From Macrostomum lignano (taxonomy: Eukaryota): a stretch of DNA of 64,000 bases. Both the position numbers and the translations under genes were made by a program. Numbering within the stretch: position 1 is the stretch's first letter; each line of letters opens with the position of its first letter. The notes beneath the pieces are model-generated. The model was not told where the DNA came from. It worked only from the letters and a program-made list of their open reading frames with translations, and made no database searches. This document shows positions 13,105 to 23,783 of this stretch, in pieces. The stretch spans positions 1 through 64,000 of the forward strand of contig NIVC01003304.1 of assembly GCA_002269645.1 (NCBI GenBank), read 5' to 3'.

Positions 13105-14039
13105 AGAAAAATTGCGTATAATCTTATTTAATTCTTTTGGTACAATCCCTTTTTCTTTCCATTTTAATTGAGGTTTTTATCCATTATATTTATCTCGTAC
13201 TTTTCAAATGTGCTGACCAAGAAATGTTCGTTTATTCTTGAAGATGTTCAATTCGGCTATTTAAATTTCAATCGAACACAATTTTTCTAATAAAGGTCAT
13301 CCAGAAGTTTAGTGGCTGGAGTCTAAAGGCACCTCTGCCACTGAAATCTAAATGTACATACATGTACATCAATAGTATCAATTGACAGTACTTCTGATGT
13401 ACATTTTTCTGCTGTACTCTCAGCTGACGATGCACACCTCGTACTCAAGCTCATTATGTTTGCACACCTCATTTTTAGAATGAGTCATGTGCAAACAGAA
13501 GTGACTCAGAGCCTTCGTAGGACCAACGTTTATTTGATCAAGGAACCGGTTCTCGGGAGTTGTATTTGCTTAATTCCATATTTGGTAATGATCAAACATT
13601 CATGACCCCTTAATCAAACATACGTGACCTAAGTAAATAAACGATTTTAAACCAGTTTTTCACCAAAATGTTACTATAAATTTAAGCGACAAACCAAGTA
13701 AAAAATTCAGACTTGGAGCGGTCTCAATGAAGACTTTGAAATACCAAGAAGACTCATCTGAGAGAAGAAGTTTAACCCGATTTAGTTCTTTGCTACAGCA
13801 CTAATAATTTGATTAATTGAGTTTACGAGAGCCACTTATTGCCGACACATTTGAGAAAGGCCTCCTTGTTTCCTAGGATACATTCCTAGAGGATTTATTA
13901 ATTTGAATTGAGTTATCCGTTACGTTTCGGACGTAACGAAGAAGACGCCCTTCAGGAGGACCTATCACAGATATTCAGAGAATTCAATTGTTCATAAGGG
14001 CGCACGTTCTATTGTTAATTCCGAGCTCGAGGATCGTCA

Positions 14040-14367
14040 AGAATTCTGATTCGCTCCTGTTTTGGTCGACCCGCAGACAAAGTTAAGGACTCCAGGAGAC
14101 AACAGCTGTTCACCGGAACCGGCCACCGCCACCGCTCAGCAAGCTAGCTAGCCCTACGACCGACAAGACTCCGCCGACTGCCGACCGCAAGAGGATCCGC
14201 TGCAGTAAGAGTTATTCGATTCTGTATATACATAGGCACTTGTTCCCCAGTATCTAGAAGTGGGAGTTTTTGAGTGACTAATCACCACTCAAATAAACTC
14301 TTCACTCTGACACGGCGTCGCTCGTAATTTCTATTCGCAGCTACAACAAGCCGCATCGGGTACCACA
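14040..14367 (+). mobile_element. Possible solo-LTR remnant
   Basis: CpG-rich block with AATAAA (14292-14297) about 70 bp before a TACCACA end; 5' boundary and TSD not found. Confidence 0.25.
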
Positions 14368-15243
14368 TTTTGCTTTTTCATTATTAGTAAATCTCAAATA
14401 CAAAGATGAATCATTCCTATTTAGTTTTCTGGCTGATTAAACTTGGAACCTTCATAGAACCACACAGCTCGAAAAAGAAAAATATAAAAACCTGTAAGAA
14501 GACGTTTGTGTTAGCCTCAGCCCCTAGTTTAATCATTAGACACGCTCTATATGATGTTTGATTTATAGAAAAATTTTATATATGATATATTCTCTTTTTT
14601 TAAACAGTAAAAAGATAAAAATTCGCTTGCATTGTGAGCATTCTACCATGTATAAAACAGTTTCCTTGGAAATCGATCCATGGATGGAATAATTGATGAA
14701 GAAGTATTCAATTATAGACCACATCATTCAAGTTTCATTCATATCTCAGTCCTCAAATCCTTAGTTTCTAGTTTTATAAATCTCACTATTGTTGCTTTTC
14801 TGACGGAATGAATGTGCGCTGCAAGTATAAAAAGAAAAGAAATTCTCTATTCCCGGGCGAGCTTCCCGAGATTGGTCCCGGGATCTCGGGACTGGAATAT
14901 GGTCGGGATTTGGTCATCCCTATGCAGAACCCTAAGTGTTTGAGTTGCTCTCATGTTAGTTAAAAGAAATACACTAAAGCACGCATGAATTGCCGTGACG
15001 GGTGCGCAGTGCAGTCAAGCGTGTTATGATGGGCTCTTTACTTTTTTTTCCCGTCTAGTTTTATTCATCTTTCTTTGCCAAAGCCCCCTCTTAACTCTTT
15101 CTAACTCCTCCTTCAACCCATCCACTTCCAGAAAACAAGTGAGTTCACTGTTTAAAGCAACCGATTCTTCCTACAAACTTGCAGAAATCCCAAAAACTAA
15201 TGCAGCACAACAATAAGCCGTAAAATCTTCTACTAGATGCAAA

Positions 15244-16206
15244 ATGGCTATAATTCAGCTGATGCATACTGCTATCTTTTGCGCTGCCATGGTTACAGCC
15301 GTCTCCGCCGGCTGCAGGACGAAGTGGTGCAAACTCGGCGACCGCTGCCTCAACGAGACCGTCGCTCAAGGCTGCTGGAAGGCGCCCAGCGTGGCGCCCT
15401 GCATGATGAAGGCGGGCGCCAGTCCCGGAGACCTGGTTGCGCAGTGGAATGAGCGCACCGCTGCGTGCTGCCTCTTCCGCTACCAGACGGTGTGCCGGCA
15501 CATTCAGGCCGGCAACGCGACCGAGTCTCCGAGCGACAGCCGGTGCAGCGTGTACCGCTTCTCGTCTCTGTCGAGCTGCTCCGAGTCGGTCGGTGCGCGC
15601 TTTGTGGCTGCGTGGCTGGCAGGAGGCGGCAGCCGGTTTGACAACCTCGTGTGCCAGGCCGAGCCCGGCAACTACCGGCTGCACAGCGAGAACGTGGACT
15701 GGACTGAGGACGGAGCCAAGTTCGACGGAGCGTCTTCGTACGCGGCTACCGAGGATGTGGGCAACGTAGTGAACGGGGGCTCCTTCACCTGGCTGCTGCG
15801 GCTGAAGAGGCAGCCGAAAGTCCAGCCGTTCATGGAGGCCGGCCAGTGCGACAACTTAGGGAATTTTGGCCCGCATTTCTGGGAGTTCAACGAGCCGAAC
15901 ATACTGTACGGCTTTCCCGGCCAACCAGGTTCATATTCATACACACCTAAAATTCTCCCCAACAACCCGAATACTTGGCTCGACCTCGGATTGACCGGAT
16001 CGGAATCAAATTGGAAAATATTCTTCAATGGCTCATTTGTGCTGTCAACTGGAGCGACCGCTCCGACCTCGAGTTTCTGCTACATTGTTCAAATTGGTCG
16101 GCGTTGGCCGGATCGTTTCCTACAGGGCACCGTTAAGGCCGTTGCGATCGCGAACTTCTCCATGACAGCAGCGGAGATTCAACGGCTCTTTTCAGCGCTG
16201 CCCTGA
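15244..16206 (+). CDS. Secreted protein: Cys-rich N-terminal module plus LamG/concanavalin-A-like jelly-roll domain
   Basis: Intronless 320-aa ORF; hydrophobic signal peptide ending AVSA; C-terminal pattern FDGASSY..SFTW..W..L.LT....WKIFFNG..IG..FLQGTV..V.I.N..MTAAEIQRL is typical of Laminin_G_3/pentraxin-like domains. Confidence 0.75.
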   Translation: MAIIQLMHTAIFCAAMVTAVSAGCRTKWCKLGDRCLNETVAQGCWKAPSVAPCMMKAGASPGDLVAQWNERTAACCLFRYQTVCRHIQAGNATESPSDSRCSVYRFSSLSSCSESVGARFVAAWLAGGGSRFDNLVCQAEPGNYRLHSENVDWTEDGAKFDGASSYAATEDVGNVVNGGSFTWLLRLKRQPKVQPFMEAGQCDNLGNFGPHFWEFNEPNILYGFPGQPGSYSYTPKILPNNPNTWLDLGLTGSESNWKIFFNGSFVLSTGATAPTSSFCYIVQIGRRWPDRFLQGTVKAVAIANFSMTAAEIQRLFSALP

Positions 16207-16399
16207 GCCGGGGCGCTTTCACAAACCCGAAATTTCACGTCAGGTAGCAAGATGCCAAAATGAACTAAGGAGTTAATACAATGAACTGGACTTTTAAAAT
16301 AGACACTTCATATTCTCGAATCTTCTAGCTTATTTTCCAAATTTCAGACTAAAATTTCGGGTTTGTGAGTCTCCAATATCTCCTGGGAGATTCGAAATT

Positions 16400-16590
16400 T
16401 TGAAATTGTGAACTTTCGGATTCGTAAAAATTCGGGTTTGTGAAACTTTGGGTTTGTGAAACTTCGGCTTTGTGAAACTTCGGGTTTGTGAAATTTCAGG
16501 TTTGTGAAACTTCGGGTTTGTGAAACTTCGACGTTGGAAAAATTCGGGTTTATGATATTTCAGGTTTGTGAAATTTTGGGTTTGTGACCC
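16400..16590. repeat. ~16-bp degenerate tandem repeat
   Basis: Unit GAAACTTCGGGTTTGT; an inverted single copy TTTCACAAACCCGAAATTTC lies at about 16218-16237. Confidence 0.8.
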
Positions 16591-17426
16591 CTTGAGTCGA
16601 GCAGTAAGGATTTTTTGAGGATATTTTTAACGTTAACTAACTATTTATGCCTCTATTAATCGAGCATTGTGAACACGATCTTTTCATTTATTTTTTACTC
16701 TTTTGAATAACGTTTTTTTCGTGATCTCGTACTTTTTGAGTCCATGGAATTTCAACATCTTTTGCAATTGAAATAACATGTTGCACTTTATTTAAGTGAC
16801 TTCTTAAATGAATTGGAAGGATTGCAAACCACTTTAAATCTACATTCTATTGTTATGCAATTGAATTCGTAGCTGATATTTTCTGTTTCTACTATAATTA
16901 GATGCTAAATGTAGGGTCTATACATGTATATTATCTGTACAGTGCTTTTTAATTTTTGTAAAAATATTTTGCCTCGTCCACATCCCTAAAGCGTCTTTTC
17001 GTCTCTTCACTTGTCTGTGTAATTTTTTATGAAAAAATCGTTCCCAAGTACGAGTATAATACTTTTATCTCTTCTAAAAATTGCATGTTTTGCTATTGAT
17101 GTCCCTGGACTTAGGCTGAGCTACCTTGGCACTAAGGGGAACCTGCTTGAGCAGGGAAATTGGAACTCTAAGGTGACTGTCTGCACTATAGGTGATTGAC
17201 TCTCACCCGAATTACGAGGACTGTGATTACGTGCTTGCCTCGCGTAATGTTTGAGGGGCCACGGTGATCTCGCTGCTTACGAGTAAGATAGCGTTTTGGC
17301 TCATTTTTGGCCCTGCCTGATAGGTAGTTTTGCACCTGCGCCCGCTCAGACCGCAGGCCCACTAAGCCAGATTGACGAAGACAAGCCGTGCAACTTATAA
17401 AGATCGCTTAAAATTTGGGACGCCTG

Positions 17427-17716
17427 CTGCCCATTCCGTCGACTTCCCCTGAGCAGGCACACAAGCGCGGATACGTACGCAGTCATACGCACAGGCACAC
17501 ACTCACACAGGAGTGTACAGCGGCCCTAATTTTATTTATCGTTAGGCATGTACACTTCACTGCGCCTTGGGGGTTGGCAATCAAGTGCGTTAATTGCACG
17601 AGCAGAGCCAAGCTGAGATTCCAATTTAGCCCCAAATTAATTGAGACTGCACTTGGAATCGAGCCTGGGCCGCTGGCACATCAGAGCGCTGCGCCAGACC
17701 ACTTGGGCTACAGTCC
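17427..17716 (-). mobile_element. tRNA-derived SINE, copy 1
   Basis: Minus strand begins with A-box-like TAGCCCAAGTGG (17710-17699) and B-box-like GGCTCGATTCC (17665-17655); about 285 bp, clearly homologous to 36177-36457. Confidence 0.75.
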
Positions 17717-18797
17717 TCGCCAGAGCATTAACCAAGCATTAGCTTGGCAACCCCGTTTAACAGCAAAAAATCTTTTGCCTCGTTCACTTTTCTCAAATGC
17801 TGTTTCGTCTTTTTTGCCTTTGTAATTTCACGCAACTATCATTTATATTCCTATCCTTTTCTCAAATTGCATGCCTTACCATTGACATGTTGACTGATTC
17901 TTTGAAATGCTACACTTTTCTCATTTTTCTCTTTCCTCTAAGAGTTGGTTAATTTGAAGCAGAATTCCTGCTTGATTTTGCGGGCAAGACTGCTTAAGAA
18001 ATGGCCCATTCTCTGCCCGATATCGGGCTGGGCCATAGACGAAGCCGAAACGATTGTATTGTATTGCAACATTACAAAGAGGACAACAGTAACGATTTAA
18101 TATAGTCTTGTGGTGCAACCCACGCCGTCTTTACAGTACATGGCGTTCAGAGGTACTCACTTATAGGAAAAATAGAACACGGGATTCAGGAAGATTCTCG
18201 GTGCGCAAAAACTTCTTGAATTTCTCCACACACTGTCTTGTTTTTGCTTCGGTAGAGACGACGCGTGAGGCATTCTCCACATCCAAAATGGCGCTCACTT
18301 CATCACTTGTTAGCTCCCAGAGTTGATTGTCGCTGCTCGCTTCAGCAGAAAGATCGTTTACTAGATCATCCAACAGGCCGTTGTCGAGCGCCTTGCTGAC
18401 TCCAATTCCAGGCACAGGCAAGCCAGTGTACTGATTGAACATTCGCCCACGGCCACGGAGTTGGCATACAAAGTCGATTTCTTCGCGCTGCAACCCAGAA
18501 ATCTCGCCTCCTTCTATACAGGAGTAGTCTATCATGTTCTCAGAACGCTCGGGTCAGGAGTTAATGGAATTCAGTTTTAATAAAAAGTTAGACTAATTAC
18601 GAGCGTATTACTTTGTCAGTCGCTCCTTTAGGCTCAGAGCTAAAATGAAATACAGTTTGCATTTTGTGCCATAGACAAATTCCATTTTCTTGCGGGCCGA
18701 GAATCAGGACTTGCACTGAACTTAGACTGAAGCAAATGCAGTTTGACTCGCGGGCCGAAGAATGTCGTTTCTCGGCCCGCCCGCAAAATCAAGAAGG

Positions 18798-18909
18798 AAT
18801 ACAAATCCAGCAGGCTATCTAGGGCAAAAAGTCGGAAATCCTCGTGCCGCTTCGCGGCCCTCGGATTCTCCTCCTTTCTGCCCTAGAAAGCCTGAAGGAT
18901 TTATATATT
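18798..18909. other. ~110-nt imperfect hairpin (structured RNA or foldback/MITE)
   Basis: Arms AATACAAATCCAGCAGGCTATCTAGGGCAAAAAG..GCCGC and GCGGC..CTTTCTGCCCTAGAAAGCCTGAAGGATTTATATATT with a 3-nt loop TTC at 18851-18853. Confidence 0.6.
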
Positions 18910-19677
18910 CTGAGACCTAAGTATGACTCTGCGTTGCTCGTAAATTTCAATTTTCAATCAATTTTTAGCTACAGATAAGAGCCACAGAGCAGATGCCTTC
19001 TTTGAATACTTTGTTTTTTCATACGTTAGCTTTCAAATGCTCAAACAATCAATCATATTTATTTAACTCTCTGGCTAATAAAAATCCTCTTGAAAAACGT
19101 TCTGGGTTGCTTTTTGTTCCTTTAATATAATACTTGCTTGATAATGTGACTTAGAATTAGCCTAAAATTATGGTCCTTGTGCAAGAATACCAGTGGCCTG
19201 TATGTTGGAGAAACACAACTAAACTCATGTGAAAATTACAGCAATTTTTTGTCTGAAAGAAAGCCCGTGGACTTAAAAGTGCCACCTGCAAGCTACATCA
19301 TCCTCTTGTAGAAAAATATGACTGATAAAGTTTCAATCGCAATGGACTACTTTTAGGGTCAATTGAAGTCATGCAACGGGGGTAATTTTAGTCTGACAAC
19401 CGGTTGCGAACTTTTGGAAAGTTGATTTCTTTAACAAATTTTTGCTGCATGCCAAATTCTCCAAATCATAGACGTCACGGCCATAATAAAGTCGAGGCCT
19501 TCAGAATTTCGCTATATCGCTGACTCTAAATATGTTTATGCGTATATTTTAATAATTTTAAGTGTGATTTATTGTAGCAATTACATAAAAAATTAATTTG
19601 GTTCTCATTCAGTCGGAATACTGCAGAATGCCAGAGCAGTCAGTGTATTTCAATGTACCGAAATAAATTTTCCAGTA

Positions 19678-20133
19678 TCAGACGGAGCGCTTCCCTGGAA
19701 ACCTTTGCTGATTCTGATTTCGGACGAGAGGGAGCTCCAACACCGCCACTTTCAATAGGGCGTAGTAGCACTCGCGGTCGCACCGCTCGCCTCGGCCGCA
19801 CTCCGTGCACTCTGGCGGTGTCCTGCCGCCCTGCAGCTTGATGCCAACCTTCATCATTTCCAGCTCCTTTTTCATCTCTTTGTAGTTGCCCATGCTGCCG
19901 TCAGCTGGGCAGTTGACGTTGTAGACTAGACAGGGCTTCAGCTTCAATTCCATCTCCTCCTCAGTCAGCCCCTCAAACGGTTCACTGGCCTATACAGATT
20001 ATATTGACAATATAAAAACTGTAAGTCATCAATCAGTAAAGTATACTGCTGAAATTGTAAATCAATAAAACAGATACCGTTAACTCACTACAATAGCTGC
20101 TAGCAAAAGCAAACCAAAGATTTCGTTCTTCAT
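19678..20133 (-). CDS. Small secreted Cys-rich protein or peptide precursor (118 aa, 2 exons)
   Basis: Exon 1 20133-20089 (MKNEIFGLLLLAAIV, donor GTGAGT) joins in phase 0 at TAG to exon 2 19989-19678 (ASEPFEG...CLVYNVNC...CTEC...CDRECYY...QQRFPGKRSV*). Confidence 0.65.
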
Positions 20134-21091
20134 TGCAGGTGACAGTTGGAAAACGTATCCGTTAGTACAATCTGGAGCTGCCGTACACTGCGCGCGTTTG
20201 CTGCTTGGATAGTCAAGTAGTTACTGGAATAATTTGTTTTCGAACGGCTTTTTATCCCAATTGCGAAATGCACCGCGGTTGGCCTTGTAGCTAAATTTCC
20301 GTTTTAATAGGACGTTTGTTTAATTGATGTGACAGTTGGGTATGGCAGAATGTAATGGGGGGGACAGGACACTAAAACTGCTGAAATTGTGCTATCGATC
20401 GTAATTGCGCGCATTTATGACCGCAACAAAATTAAGCAGCTGTCTTCAATGTGAAAGCGCCGCTAATTGTATCCAATTTGCTCATTCTGCACTAGAAATT
20501 AATCGCGTTTCAGACTTGCAGGCTGTAAAAAAGCCTACACTGCAGCAGTTGGAAATGTGCAAAAATTGCTTTCCCACTGTTTCTGTTTGCATCGCTGATG
20601 CTGAAAATGATGCTGCAAAATTGATGCGCTATTAATGACTCTCTCCAATACGGCATGTTAGTGTAAACTTTATTTGTATATGGCTCTCTTGTAATCGCGT
20701 CACTTTGATGTTTCAGTTCATTCTTCGTTTATCAAATTATAAAGGACACTGCTTTCACAAAGCAAACAAAAACGAAAGGTTACAACGTTGCGAGAACGTT
20801 TTAAGTTTACAAGATACTTGTACAGCTACAGGATCAGACTTCATGTATCTTACGAAGTGCACATTTATAAATCACAATCACAGGCGGTCAAGCAAAAATA
20901 ATATACATTGAAAGCGAACACATGCCTCGATCTAATATATTCCAAATTTTCTATGTAATCCCATGCAAGTTTCTTAGTATGAGAAAGGGGGCAACCGTGA
21001 GATTTCTCATTTCTGATCTGATATAGACCTGAGGTCCGTTTCGCAATCGCGCGTAGTTGTTTGAAAGGGGCGTACCGCTTCATCTATCACT

Positions 21092-21405
21092 GGACTACTC
21101 AAAGTAAGGACAGGAAACTACGTTTCTTGGAAAAAAAGGAATCAGGTTTTCCTAATTCCCAATTTTCTAAACGAAAAGCCATATGAATATCAATAGAGCT
21201 ATATAAAGAAAGGCGCGCGAGACGTATAACATTCATGGATGAACATCGGGTTTTCCTTCTAACAAATGCAATAACAATTTTTGTGCTGAAAAATGAAAAG
21301 CCTCCTATCTCCGTAACGTATTATTTTGAAAAAACTGCCTCTTAAAATTTTCTAAGAAACTTTGTTTCGCGTCCTTCTACTAGTTAATTTGAGTACTGAC
21401 GGATC
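21092..21405. mobile_element. MITE-like element with degenerate terminal inverted repeats
   Basis: GGACTACTCAAAGTAAGGACAGGAAACTACGTTTCTTGGAAAA (21092-21135) is an imperfect inverse of 21346-21405; the right half recurs at 4810-4945. No TSD established. Confidence 0.4.
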
Positions 21406-22969
21406 TTAAACATTTTTTGGGTTTTGTAGAAACTGGGGACCAATGAAATTTTAGCTAGTGCGATTAAAAAAAGATTTCTCGAAAGCTATTCACAAAGTAC
21501 GAACCTTTATCACTCAAGGTAAACGAAAACGTACATTTTTATTCTAGGGGTTTGTTATACTCATCCACTATTTAAATTGGTAAAAACGTGTTGGCTAAGT
21601 TGAAAATTTCTACTTTTTGCTACTAAAATAATCATCATAATAATCTTCGTAATCAAGATATATTGTGCATATTGGTCAAAAAGTTTGTTTGTGGGAGTGA
21701 CTACTAATACAATCACAATGACAGTTTGTTTTTAAGTAAAATTCTAAATATAGCTTAAAGACCTCGACTCAATTTACAGAAGATCATTTGATTCAGAAGA
21801 AAAGTAACGGAAGGAGCTTCCAGTAAAATTACAATGCAATACTATGTTCAATTCAGCCAGGCAGATTATTTGTACTTTTAGAATAACCAGAGATATGTAT
21901 TAGATCATTTTATCTGAGTATTTACTATATAAATAATCTAAATATACTAAATCTCTAAAACTAAATATACTAAATCTCTAATAATATATTTAGTAATATA
22001 TTACTAAATATATAATTATATAAATATAAAACGTCAGGTTTAAATCTTGAAAAAATATGTATAAATAATATCCAATATACAAATAGCCCAATATCCAAAA
22101 ATAGGCTGTAGGGCTTCAATTTCAAATGTTTAAATTTGAAGGCAAATATTCTTTGCCGAAGGTTCTAAACAAAAAATCTTTAAAAAGCTCCTAGTCCTAT
22201 AGCTATCAAATAAACTAAATTTTTTAATATTATATTCTATATTAATAAATTATTTACCAAATTAAATTTTAGGCTAATCTATCATTAAAGTTAGAATATA
22301 TTTGATTGAATATACACCATAGCTTATAAAGATGTTCCTAAAATTTGGTCTGTCAAATTAAAATCAAAATTAGAATTTTATGAAATTTAAATATAGAAAA
22401 TAAATTATTATGACCAACACTTACTTTTCTGTTTTCAAGGTTAGTCTAGCCTACTTAAAAAATTGACTATTCAACCAAAAATATATGCCAGTCAGGAAAG
22501 TGGCCTTTTTCATAGAAAATTTTAGTGCAAAGACATTGAACATGTGCTGCACTGGCACATTTTGGTGCAATAGTAGGCAGGTAGAGAAGCTAGTACAATA
22601 TAGTGTAAGAGTGTAGGACAAAAAAATTGGCGCAATTTGATGCAAGACAAAAACTTTCAATAAGGCAATATTTTTGTAGACAGAAAATTAGCACTTTTTT
22701 GTTCTTTAGTATATTAATGGCTTTTTCAATTATAATATTGAGGTAAGGGTGGAGAAGATTTAGGTTTTTTAAATTGGCGGTTTGAATTGTTGGTCGACAC
22801 CAGTGAGGTGGGGCAGATTCTATGTCTGAATTTCCGCCGGCATTGTCTCAACATGCGTAAAGATGGAAATTTGCACAAATTGCTGCGTTGAGTCTTCTCC
22901 TTAGATACTCCGTCTACTGGGGTCCTCAATTCCAGGGGGAGGGTAATTGTAATCGTAGTCAAGCAGTCT

Positions 22970-23783
22970 TGTAACGGCCCGGGTCATTCAGAATGGGTCC
23001 TCAGACACCGTAAACTCGTAATTTGTCAAGATTGCTAGTTGTGTTACTTTCAGTAGTAAAGTAGCGCTGCCACTACCATAAATGTCGTTTTACGGAACAT
23101 TGAGGGTGTCAGAGCTTTCTTTGAGTTGAGACTGATTGGTTATTTTATGCCCCATGGGCAAAGAACTCAATATAAACTAGAGGCTTCGATTAAGACCAAC
23201 TGGATAAATATTAATATAAAACTTAGTATTATTGTTTGTTACTATTAGCAATCATTAGCAATTTCTATTGTAGTCAATGATATAGAAAATTATTTTTTCC
23301 ACGAGGTTAATAAGCAATTGATGAGTTAGTTGACTAATAAATGGATTTAGGCAATAAAATGAATGTCGCACCCTATTAAATTTGATGGATGATTATGAGA
23401 CAGTGCCAAACAGGCGGTTAACTACAAATTCACAACTTAACTAAACAGAGGCAAGAGCAGGAAAAACAGTAGTTGAAGGGAGGGCAGAAGAAGAAGAAGT
23501 AAACATAATGATTTTTATACAAAATTCTTACATGGATCCAATTAGGGGAACACCAAGGGGAACACTGGTGGGAAAAAGGGGACAAACCCCGGGAGGAACA
23601 CAGCAAAACAAAGCAGGACCAAGGGAAGGGGCAACAATTGGACAAAAGGTGGGGGCAACGAGGGGAAAGCGCACAGTTCATCCGGGAGAGCAGAAATGAC
23701 ATCAAATATTGTCCCACCAGGTGGAGGCGCTTCACGCATTGCCAACTGTTGCAGGAGCCCCAGTGGTAGACCGGCCTACCACA
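22970..23783. mobile_element. Possible LTR-like remnant
   Basis: Begins TGTAACGG and ends TACCACA (TG...CA), more GC-rich than its flanks; no TSD and no partner LTR. Confidence 0.25.

Noticed and set aside
17100-17400. RNase P/MRP, SRP, 7SK or snRNA gene in a locally structured GC-richer block
   Set aside because: Some hairpins are visible, but no conserved family motifs were recognised.
17646-17716. Functional tRNA gene (also at 36388-36457)
   Set aside because: A and B boxes are present, but there is no good acceptor stem or terminator, and both run into a shared ~210-bp body, so these are SINE heads.
18161-18535. 124-aa minus-strand ORF as a Crypton/DUF3504-like fragment
   Set aside because: Only a vague helical resemblance (STEAKTRQCVEKFKKFL); no tyrosine-recombinase motifs follow. 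It may be a real exon, but the product is unsupported.
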